A stretch of DNA of 64,000 bases, taken from assembly GCA_937901745.1 (NCBI GenBank), contig CALGSZ010000158.1, positions 4,515 to 68,514 of the forward strand, written 5' to 3'. Below, piece by piece: positions 63,648-64,000 of this stretch. Both the position numbers and the translations under genes were made by a program. Each line of letters begins with the position of its first letter. The stretch's first letter is position 1. The notes beneath the pieces are model-generated. The model saw only the letters and a program-made list of their open reading frames with translations, was not told where the DNA came from and made no database searches. Origin of the DNA: an uncultured Chloroflexota bacterium (GTDB taxonomy: Bacteria; Chloroflexota; Chloroflexia; Thermomicrobiales; UBA6265).

Positions 63648-63995
63648 TTGACCACCCGAGCGGGCGACTGGCTGTCGCAGGCGGGCCGCAAGTCACGGCC
63701 TGCCCGGCGCTCGCATGACGGTGGCCATTACGAATGGGCATGCTTCGCCGCGCACCAGGCGGCCGAAACATCGGTTAGGGCTGCTTTCCTTGCACTAGGC
63801 GGCGAGGCGATCTTCCTCTTCGGCTCCTTTGCCCACGGGACGCCGACGCCGCGTAGCGATGCCAATCTGCTGGTCGCCATCGGCGAGGGGGCCGACCGGC
63901 GGCAGATCTTCGACTGCTGTTTGGGGGTCTTCCTGACCGTCGCGGTGCCGGTCGCTCTCTTCGTGCAGACATGGGCGGCGATCGAGGCAAGCTAG
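63648..63995 (+). pseudogene. chimeric HEPN-N-terminus / minimal nucleotidyltransferase remnant
   Basis: GHYEWACFAAHQAAETSVRAAFLALG resembles the first HEPN helices, but the R-x4-6-H motif is absent. It runs directly into IFLFGSFAHGTPTPRSDANLLV (a G-S ... D-x-D NTase motif with the second Asp replaced by Asn). TTG start, atypical tail. Confidence 0.5.
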
Positions 63996-64000
63996 GCCGA

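Noticed and set aside
1-64000. Mobile genetic elements, prophage, integrons, rRNA/tRNA genes
   Set aside because: I saw no transposase, integrase, recombinase, phage structural or tRNA/rRNA signatures on either strand. The only insertion-like feature is the four-helix-bundle cassette, reported separately.

Overview
This is a high-GC (by eye about two-thirds G+C), densely coding bacterial chromosomal window. I found no rRNA, tRNA, CRISPR array, transposase or integrase. Gene content includes an F420/LLM-type oxidoreductase, an LPXTG protein, many Tat-type signal peptides, many sugar ABC importers and a giant cytoplasmic PAS/GAF kinase. That fits a Chloroflexota (Thermomicrobia/Sphaerobacter-like) or actinobacterial genome, but the taxon guess is low confidence.

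Layout:
- 1-4.9 kb: cell-envelope genes (amidase tail, CapA), small orphan genes and a threonine dehydratase.
- 5.1-8.3 kb: CUT1 sugar ABC importer with no ATPase.
- 8.8-13.3 kb: 1508-aa orphan PAS/GAF histidine kinase.
- 13.5-21.9 kb: LacI regulator, CUT1 importer, GH38-like hydrolase and Gfo/Idh/MocA oxidoreductase.
- 22.0-22.7 kb: LPXTG surface protein.
- 22.9-36.8 kb: long minus-strand cluster combining a CUT2 (Rbs-like) importer with a mutarotase-like protein, an SMP-30 lactonase, an SDR, two CoA-transferases, an enoyl-CoA hydratase and a signal-less SBP homologue.
- 37.0-38.5 kb: SH3b x4 M23 peptidase.
- 39.5-46.8 kb: SorC regulator, then a divergent CUT1 importer with a SIS/PHI-like gene, Zn-ADH and LLM oxidoreductase.
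- 48.9-52.7 kb: MoxR-DUF58-DUF4129 triad.
- 52.8-53.9 kb: hemW.
- 57.9-63.6 kb: MFS transporter, SDR, MlrC/M81 peptidase, amidohydrolase and DUF1015.

The most unusual items are:
1. A single 722-aa gene (54362-56530) fusing an N-terminal RelE/ParE toxin-fold domain to a UvrD/Rep-like SF1 helicase. It has no visible antitoxin.
2. A four-helix-bundle (23S rRNA IVS-protein family) gene inserted exactly between two operon genes. It is bracketed by four GTGCTGAG repeats on one side and four CTCAGCAC repeats on the other.
3. The hybrid sugar-import/CoA-transferase cluster.
4. A chimeric HEPN/nucleotidyltransferase remnant at the 3' edge of the window.

Many long ORFs in the six-frame track are Arg/Pro/Gly-rich antisense shadows typical of high-GC DNA, and I rejected them.
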